Origin: a virus
Lineage: Duplodnaviria > Caudoviricetes
Length of the DNA stretch: 64,000 bases
IMG/VR virus record: IMGVR_UViG_3300031088_000008
Span: 160,001-224,000 of that record
Direction: 5' to 3' (one strand)
Position 1 is the stretch's first letter. Every line of letters begins with the position of its first letter. The position numbers and the translations under genes are program-made. The notes below the pieces were generated by a model that had not been told where the DNA came from, made no database searches, and worked only from the letters and a program-made list of their open reading frames with translations. Below are positions 44,722 to 52,900 of the stretch, piece by piece.

Positions 44722-44954
44722 TATGCCCACCTCAATTTGAACATCATGGCATTTTGGGGCTCACGGAACTCAAACATGATCCCCACAAATTCCACATTGT
44801 TGTGGACGCCTGGCTTGCTCACCACGGTGCTAATAGGTCGTTCCTTGACATGTTCCACGGCCCATTCTACCAGATAGGTCTGAACAGCTTTTACCTTGTT
44901 GATCTCTTCATTGATCTCGCGAAGGCGCGCCAGAGATAGTTCAACTTCCCTCAT
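44721..44954 (-). CDS. FKLxW-family small protein
   Basis: ends FREPQNAMMFKLRWA. Confidence 0.8.
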   Translation of the reverse strand: MREVELSLARLREINEEINKVKAVQTYLVEWAVEHVKERPISTVVSKPGVHNNVEFVGIMFEFREPQNAMMFKLRWA

Positions 44955-45265
44955 GCCCACCTCAACTTGAATAGGACTGCTCTCGAGGGATCACGGAACA
45001 CAAAGAAGGCGTTATCGGTCCGTGTGGCGATCACCCAGCCCCAGTCCTCATGACCCACGCATTGTTCTCCCGAAGAGACGCAACCCGGTCCATCGTTCTC
45101 GCAGTGGTCAAGATGAAAGACCAATTCCACAATGTTGGTCCACCAACGGCTATCACCCAGGCCAACGTTTGCCCGGAGCCAGTCTAGGACTTCCGGCTTT
45201 AGGGTGATACCCATTTCCCAGTTGACCAGTCGCTCATAGGGCAGCTCAACAGTCGCGCTAGTCAT
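44951..45265 (-). CDS. FKLxW-family small protein
   Basis: ends FRDPSRAVLFKLRWA. Confidence 0.8.
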   Translation of the reverse strand: MTSATVELPYERLVNWEMGITLKPEVLDWLRANVGLGDSRWWTNIVELVFHLDHCENDGPGCVSSGEQCVGHEDWGWVIATRTDNAFFVFRDPSRAVLFKLRWA

Positions 45266-45546
45266 CGACCACCAAATGTAAGTTTGAATAGAACAATGGT
45301 ATCAAGGTCCACTTCGTCACCAAAGTAAAAATGTAGATCCTTGCTTCCAAACTGCGCCAGCCATCCAGGAGTGAAGTCCCAGTTCTTGCCTCTGATATCC
45401 CCACCGTTGCCGTTGCTGGGTCCCAGACGCTCTCCCGCCCACATGACTGCATCGGCAATCTTCTCACCACTGGGATCGTGGAGTGTCACGACAGTAACCT
45501 TTGGGAGGTCTATATCGCTGGGAACCCAAAAGACTTGCTGCTTCAT
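45262..45546 (-). CDS. FKLxW-family small protein
   Basis: ends LDTIVLFKLTFGGR. Confidence 0.8.
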   Translation of the reverse strand: MKQQVFWVPSDIDLPKVTVVTLHDPSGEKIADAVMWAGERLGPSNGNGGDIRGKNWDFTPGWLAQFGSKDLHFYFGDEVDLDTIVLFKLTFGGR

Positions 45547-45842
45547 TGTCCACCCCAGCGAAGCTTGAACAACATGGCGTGTTTGGCATCCGCATCATTG
45601 AAGCAGATCATCCGGTGATTCCAGATGCCACCACTTCCCTCTCGACGCCTCTGGTCGTAATTGTAGCTCTTCACGCACCAATGCCCGGGAGGCAATTCCT
45701 TCAACGTGGATCCGCTGGGAATGTACTGGAGGTTCATCTCCTTGGCCCAGGTCTTTATCGCATCAAGGACCGCCACCCAGGGGTTTGAGGTGTCTTCAGA
45801 CAGGTTGTAGATCTGTTTGTCAGTGAGAGGAAAGGTGATCAT
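45543..45842 (-). CDS. FKLxW-family small protein
   Basis: ends DAKHAMLFKLRWGGQ. Confidence 0.8.
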   Translation of the reverse strand: MITFPLTDKQIYNLSEDTSNPWVAVLDAIKTWAKEMNLQYIPSGSTLKELPPGHWCVKSYNYDQRRREGSGGIWNHRMICFNDADAKHAMLFKLRWGGQ

Positions 45843-45862
45843 TAATCCTCCCTATAGAGTAT

Positions 45863-46123
45863 CTAGCCCCAAGTCAATTTGAACAGCATGGCAAAATCAG
45901 GATCGTTCTGAAAGTAAAAGACCCACTCATCACTGGTGCGACCAGAAGTCCAACCCCAGCCAACTCTGTCCTCACTATACAGTCGATCGTGCCCGCTCAG
46001 TCCCTTCTTTTCCACACACCAGGAAAGTGCATCATTCAAACTGGCTGTTGGAACGCGGACAAACGTGCAGGAATTGTACCACTCCATGCTCTTGCTCAGC
46101 GTGTCTCCCCAAAGGTCGCTCAC
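45863..46123 (-). CDS. FKLxW-family small protein
   Basis: ends NDPDFAMLFKLTWG. Confidence 0.8.
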   Translation of the reverse strand: MSDLWGDTLSKSMEWYNSCTFVRVPTASLNDALSWCVEKKGLSGHDRLYSEDRVGWGWTSGRTSDEWVFYFQNDPDFAMLFKLTWG

Positions 46124-46350
46124 TTTCCACCCCACGTTAGTTTGAACAACATGGCATCCCTGGCAAACTCATCAGGAAATACCACCGACCAGTCCTGCTC
46201 ACTGAGGCTGGCATTGGATCGAAAAGGAATTCCTCGACTATCCATAAAGTCAAGCACTTCGGGGCGAACTTTCCAATACCCACCCCGTCGATTTCTTGCC
46301 TCCAACCACTCGCAGGCTTTTGAAAGATCACAGTGAACACGAATACCCAT
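46120..46350 (-). CDS. FKLxW-family small protein
   Basis: ends FARDAMLFKLTWGGK. Confidence 0.8.
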   Translation of the reverse strand: MGIRVHCDLSKACEWLEARNRRGGYWKVRPEVLDFMDSRGIPFRSNASLSEQDWSVVFPDEFARDAMLFKLTWGGK

Positions 46351-46718
46351 CAGGGAATACTCAGCTTGAACAAGAGCGCATCGCTCTTCAATTCAAAGGC
46401 AATCTCACGGATGCTGCGGAACTTGTCGCGTATCTCATCAGTTACCATATTCAGTTTGCGGGCCAACCGCAACTCTTCCTGGTCATCACGGGTAACGGTT
46501 ATCTGTTCAATGGTGGTGAACCGACGATTGTTCACGTAGTACCAGCGACCCTTGCAGTTTGCCTCCAACCACTCAAATACATGGTCGGCAATGGGGACGC
46601 CATAGGTTGCCGGTCGACCATCAGGTCGCCAGCGATGGACCGGAGAAGTCTCCGAGTTGAAACCCTTACGGGAAAAGTACCGGACGCCATAGAGGGGCAC
46701 GAATGTCCACTCAATCAT
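46350..46718 (-). CDS. FKLxW-family small protein
   Basis: ends FELKSDALLFKLSIP. Confidence 0.8.
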   Translation of the reverse strand: MIEWTFVPLYGVRYFSRKGFNSETSPVHRWRPDGRPATYGVPIADHVFEWLEANCKGRWYYVNNRRFTTIEQITVTRDDQEELRLARKLNMVTDEIRDKFRSIREIAFELKSDALLFKLSIP

Positions 46719-46948
46719 ATCCAGGTCAACTTGAACAAAAGTGCCACATCCTTGTCCTCTATGGTCACGATACAGTTCTGTGTGTCAAAGTCAATGTCGT
46801 GGTCCCACTTGTTGGGAGCCAGTCGGGCATCTAGCCAGTCGGCTATCTCGGGGTTGAATATCTGATAACTTCCCCAGGGGCTTTCCGTACAGTGGTGTTC
46901 CCTGTAGGCAACCTTATCACTGAGTATGATGCTGTACTCTACGCCCAT
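46715..46948 (-). CDS. FKLxW-family small protein
   Basis: ends EDKDVALLFKLTWI. Confidence 0.8.
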   Translation of the reverse strand: MGVEYSIILSDKVAYREHHCTESPWGSYQIFNPEIADWLDARLAPNKWDHDIDFDTQNCIVTIEDKDVALLFKLTWI

Positions 46949-47193
46949 GTGAGTTTGAACAACATGGCAGCTTTGGGATCCTGGAAGGATATGGCATTGT
47001 TGGTGGGTTGCCCATCAACAAAGGCGTAGACCCATATCCACTCACACTCCCCGGACCAACCACCAGCTTGATTTCCTCGTCCCACAAAGGTGGTCAACCA
47101 CTGAAAAACATCCTGGCGAATCCACCATCCACTACTGTAGGGGTGAGTGTCCCTATATAGGATGCTGCTGGGAATGGGGACCACACTATCCAT
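46939..47193 (-). CDS. FKLxW-family small protein
   Basis: ends FQDPKAAMLFKLTWA. Confidence 0.8.
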   Translation of the reverse strand: MDSVVPIPSSILYRDTHPYSSGWWIRQDVFQWLTTFVGRGNQAGGWSGECEWIWVYAFVDGQPTNNAISFQDPKAAMLFKLTWA

Positions 47194-47549
47194 TAGCCCC
47201 AAGCCAGCTTGAACATCATCACGTCTTTACGACGCCGGAAAAGGATCCCACACTCCTCACCAAACTCACTGGGATGCTCGGTGGTCCAGTCCATGTAGTT
47301 CAAGCTATCGTGGAGCCAGTTACGGATATCTGGACGAAGGTAATCGTAGTTGGGATGAAAATCGTAGTTGTGGTTGTGGTCTTCACTCTCGAGGGTAAAG
47401 AGCTCATTGTCATAGCCAAAAGCCGAGTTGCTCTGCCGACCGCGAACCAGCGAGGGAGCATCCACCTTGGGCTTTCCAATGGCGGTCACGCGATAGCGAT
47501 AGTTCCAGGGCCACCAGGGGATACCAATGTCATGAATCTGTATTTTCAT
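47193..47549 (-). CDS. FKLxW-family small protein
   Basis: ends FRRRKDVMMFKLAWG. Confidence 0.8.
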   Translation of the reverse strand: MKIQIHDIGIPWWPWNYRYRVTAIGKPKVDAPSLVRGRQSNSAFGYDNELFTLESEDHNHNYDFHPNYDYLRPDIRNWLHDSLNYMDWTTEHPSEFGEECGILFRRRKDVMMFKLAWG

Positions 47550-47790
47550 CAGCCCTGCTTTCTACGAGAAGAAAAATCAGTTGGGCGGTCCGGCGGTCCT
47601 GAAATGCCAGGTCGTGACGGTAGGAGGGGTTCATAGCCATCCACCAATCACGTCGCCACTCAAGACCCAGTTCCTCAAACCACAGGTCGATCTCCCAATC
47701 GAGATCGCCATTCATATTGGCCCACGTACTTGGCATGATGCTGCTGGGAATGCTTACCAGCCAGGAAGTTTGAGGACGCCGTCTAGCCAT
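47530..47790 (-). CDS. FKLxW-family small protein (degenerate motif)
   Basis: FQDRRTAQLIFLL. Confidence 0.7.
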   Translation of the reverse strand: MARRRPQTSWLVSIPSSIMPSTWANMNGDLDWEIDLWFEELGLEWRRDWWMAMNPSYRHDLAFQDRRTAQLIFLLVESRADENTDS

Positions 47791-47811
47791 CTTCCTCTCT
47801 ATAGAGCAGAA

Positions 47812-48093
47812 CTATAACCAAGTCAACTTGAACAAGAGGGCATCAGAGGCTTCCCGGAAACCAAAGGAAACTCCAATGACTTCTCGGTGAGGCTCCCAAA
47901 CACTGGAGTTTCTATGAAGCAACTCAATGGTAGCGTGGCTACGGGTAAAAGAAGTAAGCCACTCGCATAGCTCATCAGTTGGAACTATCTGGTATCCCCG
48001 GGGCTTTCCCCACTCCAATCCCCGGGGAAGAGAAGTGTGTCGGCGATTGTAATTTCCAAGTGCTCCTGGGAGCATGATCGAGAGTTCATACAT
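47812..48093 (-). CDS. FKLxW-family small protein
   Basis: ends FREASDALLFKLTWL. Confidence 0.8.
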   Translation of the reverse strand: MYELSIMLPGALGNYNRRHTSLPRGLEWGKPRGYQIVPTDELCEWLTSFTRSHATIELLHRNSSVWEPHREVIGVSFGFREASDALLFKLTWL

Positions 48094-48114
48094 AAGCCCA
48101 CTATAGGAGTGGAC

Positions 48115-48459
48115 TTATCCCCACGTCAATTTAAAGAGCACTGCATCGCTCGGGTTAGGAATGTAAACTCCACACTTCGCAGCATAGGTTGCTAGACCCC
48201 AATCTTCATCAGATTCAGGAACCTTGTATATTGAACATAGTTCATAGGCTATGTTGTTAGCAATGAGCCAATTCTTTTCTCGACAAGTTTCGGTGCTATC
48301 CCACCAGAATAGAAATCCAAACTCTATAGAGCCTGCAGGATCCCCTACAAACATGGGTCTGAACTCAAAACTGTCACCGGTGATGTCAAGTAGCTCACGA
48401 TGACTATGCTTGATCGGAAAAATCTGATTGGGGTTCCACCCCGGATGAGGCCGCTTCAA
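48115..48459 (-). CDS. FKLxW-family small protein
   Basis: ends PNPSDAVLFKLTWG. Confidence 0.8.
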   Translation of the reverse strand: MKRPHPGWNPNQIFPIKHSHRELLDITGDSFEFRPMFVGDPAGSIEFGFLFWWDSTETCREKNWLIANNIAYELCSIYKVPESDEDWGLATYAAKCGVYIPNPSDAVLFKLTWG

Positions 48460-49081
48460 AACAGCGGCCTCATGGACCAGAGGAAGTCGATGGCATTGGA
48501 GATTGTCGAGACCGCGGTAATCTCATCAGAGTGACCTGCGAAACTCAAGTCCATACGGACCACTTTGTTTTTGGAATAAACTGATGCAGTCGATGCACCA
48601 ATCGCTTGTCGTATGGAGGAAGCCTTTGCGCTGGCAATCTGTGGATCTTCATAGAAGCGGTACAGACACACGCGAATAACACTGTTACTTGGGTCACCCT
48701 GAAAAGCGAGCGTGGGCTGTCCTAGCTGAGAAAGGATGGTCTCCCTACCAAGATCACCAGTGGTCTTGCGACACGCTCGAATCCGGTCGTAACCTTTGGC
48801 TTTATCTTGATCTGCCATTTTGTAGCTCTGACCGTTCAGCGTGATAAAGTCTCCCAAGGTCCCTGAGGAGATTCGCTGAAGCAGCGCAATGCTGGCATAT
48901 TCAGTGCATGAATTGATTAGGATTGATTTTGACATGGTGCGGTTCCCTATAAGAGAGGTTAGAGTTGAGTTAGAGTTTCCAACGCCGCACCATTGCGATC
49001 ATCTACCTCCTATAGAACACCGTTAACTCAGTATGTCAATTACGTTTTCTAATTGACTAGCCCCACGTCAATTTAAAGAGC
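48119..49081. repeat. 21-bp perfect direct repeat flanking a two-gene segment
   Basis: CCCCACGTCAATTTAAAGAGC at 48119-48139 and 49061-49081. Confidence 0.85.
48456..48935 (-). CDS. hypothetical protein (non-family, inside array)
   Basis: 159 aa; own promoter TTGACA-N18-CTATAG at about 49010-49039. Confidence 0.7.
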   Translation of the reverse strand: MSKSILINSCTEYASIALLQRISSGTLGDFITLNGQSYKMADQDKAKGYDRIRACRKTTGDLGRETILSQLGQPTLAFQGDPSNSVIRVCLYRFYEDPQIASAKASSIRQAIGASTASVYSKNKVVRMDLSFAGHSDEITAVSTISNAIDFLWSMRPLF

Positions 49082-49323
49082 GTGGCAATCGCAGGGTCCT
49101 TGAAGGCGAAGACTACCTGACCAGGAACGACATCATTGCCATCGTCGTAGTCCTGAATGATATCCCACTCATCGACCTCAACGCGCTGCTGGTCTATCCA
49201 CTCCCAAAAGCCATCGGTTGCCCTATAGCCCTCATTGTAGTCGCTGGCCAGATTCCACCACACGACACCGGGTCCCGATGGATCGTAGTGGTCCTCTTTT
49301 ACTATGATGTGAACGTTGTGCAT
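49057..49323 (-). CDS. FKLxW-family small protein
   Basis: ends FKDPAIATLFKLTWG. Confidence 0.8.
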   Translation of the reverse strand: MHNVHIIVKEDHYDPSGPGVVWWNLASDYNEGYRATDGFWEWIDQQRVEVDEWDIIQDYDDGNDVVPGQVVFAFKDPAIATLFKLTWG

Positions 49324-49562
49324 CAGTGGTTCCAAATCAGCTTGAACAACATGGCAGTTCTCCGATCTTCAAAGGTGAACTCATAGGATTCAACACCAAG
49401 GACGAGGTCCTTGGAGAACCCACCAGTCCACTGACCATAGGGATTCTGCTCGCTCAGGACCCGCCCAACGGTCGCCTCAAGCCAGTCCCAAATACCATTC
49501 CTCTCCCCATGGTATGACTCAAAGGGAATCAGTACACGGTATCTAAACTTTTTACGCCGCAT
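49323..49562 (-). CDS. FKLxW-family small protein
   Basis: ends FEDRRTAMLFKLIWNH. Confidence 0.8.
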   Translation of the reverse strand: MRRKKFRYRVLIPFESYHGERNGIWDWLEATVGRVLSEQNPYGQWTGGFSKDLVLGVESYEFTFEDRRTAMLFKLIWNH

Positions 49563-49845
49563 CAATGACTCCATACCAAGTGAGCTTGAACAACATAGCG
49601 GCACGCTGATCGGGAATATCCACGTGACTGTCGCCGCTGATTAGGTCAATGTCCATTCCATAGAAGACATCTCGATCCTCAAGCCACTGATGCATGGTAT
49701 CCTGCAGAACATAGATGGTGCAGAGGTCATCCCACAATCGAACATAGGGGCGTCCACGATGGATACCACAACCCATGTCCAGTTCATAATAGTGGGGGTC
49801 GGACCTGATCTCAAAGAAGTCCGCGGACACAGCTATCTCACTCAC
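49552..49845 (-). CDS. FKLxW-family small protein
   Basis: PDQRAAMLFKLTWYG. Confidence 0.8.
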   Translation of the reverse strand: MSEIAVSADFFEIRSDPHYYELDMGCGIHRGRPYVRLWDDLCTIYVLQDTMHQWLEDRDVFYGMDIDLISGDSHVDIPDQRAAMLFKLTWYGVIDAA

Positions 49846-50093
49846 TGGAAATCATGCCACGTGAGCTTGAACAACATAGCGATGCCCTTGTCTTTGAAGC
49901 GAAAGCGAACGCTATTCAATCCCTCTACGGGGCGTTGACTTACCCAAGCATCCCAACCCAGGCCCTCACCAATCACTGGGAAACCCTCCTCCACTATAGG
50001 GACACCATTGGCTGCAAACCACCCCTTTAGAGCAGGTGCGAAGAGGCCCTTCTCAAGAGGAACGCTGGCCGCGAAGGTGTCACTATAGGTCAT
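49842..50093 (-). CDS. FKLxW-family small protein
   Basis: FKDKGIAMLFKLTWH. Confidence 0.8.
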   Translation of the reverse strand: MTYSDTFAASVPLEKGLFAPALKGWFAANGVPIVEEGFPVIGEGLGWDAWVSQRPVEGLNSVRFRFKDKGIAMLFKLTWHDFQ

Positions 50094-50116
50094 CTTTTCT
50101 CTCTATAGAGGAAGAG

Positions 50117-50335
50117 TTAGCCCCAAGTCAACTTGTACAGCATGGCCTTCTGGGGGTCGCGAATACTGACTATCAAGCGGTCATCCAGTTCCTCAGGACG
50201 AACGTTTACGCGCCAAAACCACTCACCAGTAGTGTCCAGCTTGGATAGCGATTGAGCGCCCACATGCTCCAGTAGCCAGTTCTGCACCTCGATGTGAAGT
50301 TCCATCCCTATAGGGAAGTTGTGCCACTCTGTCAT
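50117..50335 (-). CDS. FKLxW-family small protein
   Basis: ends RDPQKAMLYKLTWG. Confidence 0.8.
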   Translation of the reverse strand: MTEWHNFPIGMELHIEVQNWLLEHVGAQSLSKLDTTGEWFWRVNVRPEELDDRLIVSIRDPQKAMLYKLTWG

Positions 50336-50344
50336 GTTTCCGCT

Positions 50345-50566
50345 CTATAGGGGAAAGGTACACCACGTCAAGTGAAACAGCTGAGCAATCCTCCGCTTCT
50401 CAAAGACAAGGGAATCCACCCCTATCCTGTTGAAATCAAAGTCAAACCACCAGTGAACACCCTCGTGAAAACGGTTTCTGATAAACCATTCCTCTATGTC
50501 GGGAAGCAACTCACTACTATAGGTGCCGATTACCATGTAGGCCTGAACAGGGATGCGGACTTCCAT
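50345..50566 (-). CDS. FKLxW-family small protein
   Basis: FEKRRIAQLFHLTW. Confidence 0.8.
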   Translation of the reverse strand: MEVRIPVQAYMVIGTYSSELLPDIEEWFIRNRFHEGVHWWFDFDFNRIGVDSLVFEKRRIAQLFHLTWCTFPL

Positions 50567-50588
50567 GTTTCTCTCTATAGAGGAAGAG

Positions 50589-50846
50589 TTAACCCCAAGT
50601 CAACTTGAACAAAAGAGCAGTGGATTGCTCCTGGAATTCGACCTCTAGGCCCTCCGGATAGAAGCTATAGTGGGCATCAAAGAACGTACTATAGGAGAAA
50701 GAACCACCATGCTCCTGTAACCACCGAGTCATACGTGGCCCCGGACCAAATCCCGTCACATAGCTTCCACTAGAAGGGTTGTGAACGGTCTGATAACACA
50801 GATCCTTACTGTCCTCACGATACTCTATAAAGACACTGGTAGTCAT
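50589..50846 (-). CDS. FKLxW-family small protein (first gene of the minus array)
   Basis: ends FQEQSTALLFKLTWG; upstream TTGAAC-N16-CTATAG. Confidence 0.8.
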   Translation of the reverse strand: MTTSVFIEYREDSKDLCYQTVHNPSSGSYVTGFGPGPRMTRWLQEHGGSFSYSTFFDAHYSFYPEGLEVEFQEQSTALLFKLTWG

Positions 50847-50849
50847 CCG

Positions 50850-52140
50850 CCCTCTATAGAACACCCCTATAGAGAGTTCAACTATTTTGTCCCTAGTGGA
50901 GAGTTGAACTTTCCTCTCTATAGCGTAGACTCTGGTTTCCCACTATAGAGGACACTATAGTGGAACTCTGGTGATAGCTATGGCAAGGCACACTCTGGTG
51001 TACTCTGGGCTAACTCTGGTGACAGATATGCGTGATACGTGAAAGGCACAGTAAAAGGCTATTATGGCATAATAAAGCTGAATTACCGTGCTTTTATGAG
51101 CATTTATTGAACACTATAGGGTCTAAAAAGCCACGCAAATCTGCGACTTTTGAGCAAGTTTTGGCATAGTTAAGTACCATTAAATCAATAATAATTCTTT
51201 CGCCGCACATATAGATTTGACGTGATTTGACACCTTTTTCCACGCTCCTGGGAGCGTCCTCTAGGTGGACTCCTGACGTCCAGGGTCCTCACTAGAGTGG
51301 TCCTATAGTGGATCCATAGTGTCTGAACTCTGTCTATAGTACCTTCTACTATGGCTTCTACTATAGTCTTGGCTATATGAGTCACAGCTATAGTCTACAC
51401 TAGAGTCTATGCTATAGGGAACTTCATGGATTCTCTATAGAGCATTACTATAGGTGTTTCCACTACTGTGATTGGTAATGTGGGGGTGGCTATCTGATGG
51501 TGGATCAAAGATATGAAAAAGCGTACAGTGCCACTTTGAAGTCGCGCTCCGCGCCTAGCATTTTGCGCGGGCATGGTTGGAGGTTTTTCTAAGGTAGTGA
51601 GCATTCTATGAGCAGCTTTTCACTACTATAGAGGCACTATTGGGCACGTTCTCGCGGGCACTTTTGTTCCACTATACGGGAACTCTACTCAACTATAGAC
51701 CAACTCTGCGGGCGATTTGCGGGCGATCAGCCCAAATTTTTGCGCTACTCTGCTCAACTCTAGACCAGCTTTTGGGGCCACTCTCGCGGGCAAATTCCTT
51801 CCACTGCTCGCCCAGCCGTAGGCTTGCTCGCCCAAAATCACGGGCTGTTCGGCGGATTTCACGGGTAGTTTTGGGAAAATCACGGGCTCCTGGGATCAGG
51901 ACCCTCCACAATGGAAGCACCATGTCAACACTATAGCGGCACTATGGGAGAACTATTACTCCACTATAGAGGCACTATAGGTTGCTTGAAAAAACCTTAC
52001 AGGGAATGTCAAAAATTTGATACGCGTGATAAAGGCGATCTGAGGATTATGAAGTTTCTGGGATTCTATACCCTCGGCCCTTCACGTTTTTCAGAATCAT
52101 ATTCTTTCATTAACCCTTTTCATTTACTCAGTTTGGTTTA
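50850..52140. other. large non-coding region rich in CTATAG palindromes and short repeats (candidate origin, pac site or genome end)
   Basis: 18 exact CTATAG in 50854-51980; ACTCTGG x5, GCGGGC and TCACGGG repeats; no credible ORF. Confidence 0.7.
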
Positions 52141-52899
52141 TCAAAGTTGGCTAACGGAAACTTGATCAACAAACATTGCTGGACTGTTCGTCTTCTGAGA
52201 GATCAACCTAACGAACATTTGATTGCCGGTAACAAAATTGAAATCATAAGGTTTCCACTCTGTGGTGAGATCTATTGTGGTGTTCACGGCATAGGCCAAG
52301 TTAGTATAGACCAGCAGGTGTAACTGTGTGGGTTGGCTTTCCGCGCGTGCCCACACCCTAACCCTATAGTTGGTACTGCCCGGCAATGCGTTGAAGTACC
52401 CAGTTGTTATGTCCGATGGGTTACCCGATGCTACCGGATCCAGCCTTAGCATCCTAGATCCCTGTAGAGCTAGGGGACTGGCCACTATAGTGGCCGCACC
52501 ATAGTTTACCACCCACACACCATTACCCTCGAATGCATCAGAGAAGACAGCGGTTCCGCTCTGAACAAGTACAGTCTTCACCGTGGAGTTCGTGCTCACT
52601 GTCTCGGTCCCAATGGTTGCTGTTACTCTGCATTGTAGGTTAGTGGCACTGCTAGGCCAATAGGTGTCTTTGTTTGGACTAAACTTGGCCTTGACTCCAT
52701 TGACCAGCCACTCATAGGTTACCGTATCGGGTACTCTATTGGTGGCCCAGTTGACTTTGAACTGCTCACCTATCCTCGTGCCAGTGATAGTTGGTATGGC
52801 AGTAAAGGCAAGTGGTGGGACAACAATCAGCTTGCTTGGTGCCTCGCGGCTGATCAGCTTTCCAATAGGTCGGAACGCTCCTGTGAACTTCATTGCCAT
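52141..52899 (-). CDS. virion accessory protein, Ig-like plus carbohydrate-binding-like domain
   Basis: beta-rich; YEWLVNG, YRVRVWARA, LTTEWKPY, MFVDQVSV. Confidence 0.7.
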   Translation of the reverse strand: MAMKFTGAFRPIGKLISREAPSKLIVVPPLAFTAIPTITGTRIGEQFKVNWATNRVPDTVTYEWLVNGVKAKFSPNKDTYWPSSATNLQCRVTATIGTETVSTNSTVKTVLVQSGTAVFSDAFEGNGVWVVNYGAATIVASPLALQGSRMLRLDPVASGNPSDITTGYFNALPGSTNYRVRVWARAESQPTQLHLLVYTNLAYAVNTTIDLTTEWKPYDFNFVTGNQMFVRLISQKTNSPAMFVDQVSVSQL

Positions 52900-52900
52900 C

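Larger units (their letters stand above)
50096..50607 (-). repeat. 40-bp direct repeat (1 mismatch) = gene end plus embedded promoter
   Basis: TTTCTCTCTATAGAGGAAGAGTTARCCCCAAGTCAACTTG at 50096-50135 and 50568-50607. Confidence 0.85.
34581..50846. repeat. two convergent tandem arrays of about 53 FKLxW-family genes
   Basis: 22 members on plus (34581-41821) and 31 on minus (41804-50846) by manual count. Confidence 0.9.

Noticed and set aside
34581-50846. CRISPR array interpretation of the regularly recurring motif DNA
   Set aside because: Spacing is 200-450 bp, the repeats are degenerate at third codon positions and lie in open reading frames, and no cas genes are present.
34581-50846. Diversity-generating retroelement or classical integron
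   Set aside because: No reverse transcriptase, no TR/VR pair with adenine-specific differences, and no tyrosine integrase or attC-like palindromes were seen in the window.
51185-52165. ORF-track entries in the CTATAG-rich region
   Set aside because: Short, overlapping on both strands, without SD sequences, and their composition follows the repeats; treated as non-coding.
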